This document shows positions 61,585-64,000 of a stretch of DNA of 64,000 nucleotides, in pieces. The stretch's first letter is position 1. The number at the start of each line of letters is the position of its first letter. The notes below the pieces were generated by a model. That model saw only the letters and a program-made list of their open reading frames with translations. It searched no databases and had not been told where the DNA came from. The translations under genes and the position numbers were made by a program. Source of the DNA: Pholidichthys leucotaenia (Eukaryota); assembly GCA_020510985.1 (NCBI GenBank), contig CM035843.1, forward strand, positions 157,187,922-157,251,921, read 5' to 3'.

Positions 61585-64000
61585 TTGTCTGCTCCCTCCA
61601 AAGTGAATAAAAATATAATGTATAAGCATCCCAAAGTGATAAAGCAAAATATTGGTAAAACTCAAATTAAACATAAAGCCTCTAAATTGAATGATTTGGC
61701 CTCTGTTCCTCCTCATAATTTAAAAATTAAATGTGGTTTGTTAAATATTAGGTCTCTAACTCCCAAGTCTCTGTTAGTCCATGATCTGTTAATTGATCAT
61801 CAGATTGATTTAATTTCCCTTACAGAGACTTGGTTAGGACAAGAGGATTATGTTGGTTTAAATGAATCAACCCCCTCTGGTTATTTAAACTGTCAAAATC
61901 CCAGAAGTTCTGGTCGTGGAGGAGGAGTAGCAACAATTTACCATTCCAAATTACTAGTTAATGTAAAGCAAAAAACATGTTATAATTCCTTTGAGGGCCT
62001 GGTCCTCAGTATTGGGCACTTTAGCAATTTCAGGTTAAACCCAATTTTATTTGCCATTGTTTATCGTCCCCCATCAACCTATTCAGAATTTTTATCCGAA
62101 TTTGCTGATTTCTTAGCTGATTTAGTGTTGAAATCTGATAGAATAATTATAGTAGGGGACTTTAATATACATGTGGATGTAGATAGTGACTGCCTTAATG
62201 TGGCTTTTAATTCAATATTAGACTCGATTGGGTTTTCTCAGAAAGTAGGAAATTCTACTCATTACCTCCACCATACATTGGACCTTGTTCTGACATATGG
62301 CATAGAAATAGAAAATCTTGTAGTGTCTCCTCATAACCCTGTACTGTCAGACCATTGTCTGTTAACCTTTGATTTTACTATTTCTGACTATTTGGCTCCT
62401 AAAGAAAAATATTATCACAGTAGATGCCTCTCAGATGATGCTGTTTCCAAATTTATGCAGATTGTTTCCTCTATGCCATGTGTCAACACAACGGAAATAA
62501 GCTATAGACAGCTTGCTCCTTCTGTAATTGATAACATGGTGGATAGTGTTTCAGCTTCTCTGCATCAGGCTCTAGACTTGGTGGCCCCCTTAAAAAAGAA
62601 AAAGTCTAATCAGAGATTTTTAACTCCTTGGTTCAACACAGAAACTCGTAGCTTAAAACAGAAGACTCGTCAATTAGAAAGAAAATGGCGCTCTACTAAT
62701 TTAGATGAAATCTATTTAGCTTGGAGAAATCATCTTTTAATTTATAAAAAATCCCTTAGAAAAGCTAGAACGAGTTATTACTCTGCATTAATAGAAGAGG
62801 ACAAGAATAATCCCAGGTTTCTTTTCAGTACTGTAGCCAGGTTGACAAAGAGTCAGGACTCTGTCAATCCTAGCATCCCCTTAGAGCTTACTAGTCAGGA
62901 CTTTATGAACTTTTTCAATAATAAAATTTCATCCATCAGAGATAAAATCAATCAGATTCTTCCCACAGTTAACTTAAATACTGTAACTACTACAACTCCT
63001 TCTATTGATGTCTGTCTTGATGAGTTTACTCCAATCGACCTTTGTGAGTTAGACAAAGTAGTTTCCTCATCCAAACCTTCAACTTGTCTTTTAGACCCTA
63101 TTCCTACCAGGTTATTTAAAGAAGTCTTCCCACTTATTGGTAGCTTTATTCTTCATATAATCAATTCTTCATTAACTTTAGGCCATGTACCGCAGGCTTT
63201 TAAAACGGCTGTAATTAAACCCTTACTCAAAAAGCCAACGCTAGATCCAGGAGCTTTAGCTAACTATAGACCAATCTCTAATCTCCCTTTCATTTCAAAA
63301 ATCTTAGAAAGAGTTGTTGCTACGCAATTATTTGACCACCTGCAGGGAAATGGTTTACTTGAAGAGTTTCAATCTGGGTTTAGAATCCATCATAGTACTG
63401 AAACAGCCTTAGCGAAGGTCACTAACGACCTCCTCACTGCATCTGATAATGGACTAGTTTCTGTACTTGTCCTTTTAGATCTTAGTGCAGCTTTTGATAC
63501 TATTGATCATAATATTCTACTTGATAGATTAGAACACTATGTTGGACTTAATGGAACTTCGTTGCAGTGGTTTAGATCTTATTTATCTGATAGGTTCCAG
63601 TTTGTTCATGTAAATGATGAGTTTTCTTTCAGCTCAAAGCTTAGTCATGGAGTTCCACAGGGATCTGTGCTAGGCCCTGCTCTTTTTAGTTTATATATGC
63701 TTCCGTTAGGCAACATTATTAGAAAGCACTGTATACATTTTCATTGTTATGCAGATGACACACAATTATACCTGTCAATGAAGCCAGATGATACTAATCA
63801 ATTAGCCAAGTTAGAAGCCTGTCTTAAGGAAATCAAAGCTTGGATGACTTGTAATTTCCTGCTATTAAATTCAGATAAGACTGAAGTCATTCTTGTTGGT
63901 CCAAAAAACCTTAGAAATTCCTTTCCAAATCAAACTTTCAGTTTGGACGCAGTTACTCTTTCTCTTAATAGCTCTGTGAGGAACCTTGGAGTTATTTTTG
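61585..64000 (+). CDS. L2 ORF2 (APE plus RT), partial. It is open to the end of the window.
   Basis: Colinear with the 1001-aa ORF2 at 41357-44362 ([17 protein letters not shown]...[14 protein letters not shown]...YADDTQLY). Confidence 0.8.
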   Translation, partial: MSAPSKVNKNIMYKHPKVIKQNIGKTQIKHKASKLNDLASVPPHNLKIKCGLLNIRSLTPKSLLVHDLLIDHQIDLISLTETWLGQEDYVGLNESTPSGYLNCQNPRSSGRGGGVATIYHSKLLVNVKQKTCYNSFEGLVLSIGHFSNFRLNPILFAIVYRPPSTYSEFLSEFADFLADLVLKSDRIIIVGDFNIHVDVDSDCLNVAFNSILDSIGFSQKVGNSTHYLHHTLDLVLTYGIEIENLVVSPHNPVLSDHCLLTFDFTISDYLAPKEKYYHSRCLSDDAVSKFMQIVSSMPCVNTTEISYRQLAPSVIDNMVDSVSASLHQALDLVAPLKKKKSNQRFLTPWFNTETRSLKQKTRQLERKWRSTNLDEIYLAWRNHLLIYKKSLRKARTSYYSALIEEDKNNPRFLFSTVARLTKSQDSVNPSIPLELTSQDFMNFFNNKISSIRDKINQILPTVNLNTVTTTTPSIDVCLDEFTPIDLCELDKVVSSSKPSTCLLDPIPTRLFKEVFPLIGSFILHIINSSLTLGHVPQAFKTAVIKPLLKKPTLDPGALANYRPISNLPFISKILERVVATQLFDHLQGNGLLEEFQSGFRIHHSTETALAKVTNDLLTASDNGLVSVLVLLDLSAAFDTIDHNILLDRLEHYVGLNGTSLQWFRSYLSDRFQFVHVNDEFSFSSKLSHGVPQGSVLGPALFSLYMLPLGNIIRKHCIHFHCYADDTQLYLSMKPDDTNQLAKLEACLKEIKAWMTCNFLLLNSDKTEVILVGPKNLRNSFPNQTFSLDAVTLSLNSSVRNLGVIF

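Larger units (their letters stand above)
60506..64000 (+). mobile_element. Young L2-clade LINE, 5' 3.5 kb (continues past the window). ORF1 at 60595-61473 (292 aa, esterase domain). ORF2 runs from about 61585 to beyond 64000, open throughout.
   Basis: About 98% identical at nucleotide and protein level to the nested minus-strand L2 at 40889-45441. The 5' UTR (60506-60594) is identical to the other copy. Confidence 0.85.

Overview
This window is vertebrate nuclear DNA, almost certainly teleost fish, and not a prokaryotic locus. It shows GT-AG spliceosomal introns and dense LINE, SINE and Tc1 content. No CRISPR array or defence island is present. The one host gene is a large internal part of PARP4 (vault poly(ADP-ribose) polymerase) on the + strand. 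I reconstruct 26 consecutive exons from 3165 to 60152, and the intron phases match at every junction. They encode the PARP catalytic domain, the VIT domain, the vWA domain and the start of the C-terminal region. The 5' exons (BRCT) and the 3' exons (MVP-binding) lie outside the window. More than 70% of the window is intronic transposon sequence. This includes two near-identical L2-clade LINEs with intact ORFs, whose ORF1 carries an SGNH/GDSL esterase domain. One of these L2 copies is nested inside a 5.5-kb L1 that has an 18-bp TSD. There is a second full-length L1 with a 15-bp TSD. There is a 5'-truncated Rex/Babar-like LINE with a 12-bp TSD, and a tRNA-derived SINE family shares its 3' tail. 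At least six Tc1-like DNA transposons are present, two of them near-identical and inverted tail-to-tail. A 2.6-kb non-autonomous hAT element has an 8-bp TSD. A composite repeat family is built as head, then a 23-bp VNTR (GTTGCAAATTTATGAG-like), then a tail. The VNTR unit occurs at 13 or more places, and at least five copies carry the conserved head. The most noteworthy items are this composite VNTR element, an apparent 1-nt frameshift or alternative acceptor in one PARP4 exon, a (TG)10 tract abutting a 3' splice site, and the apparently active esterase-bearing L2 lineage.
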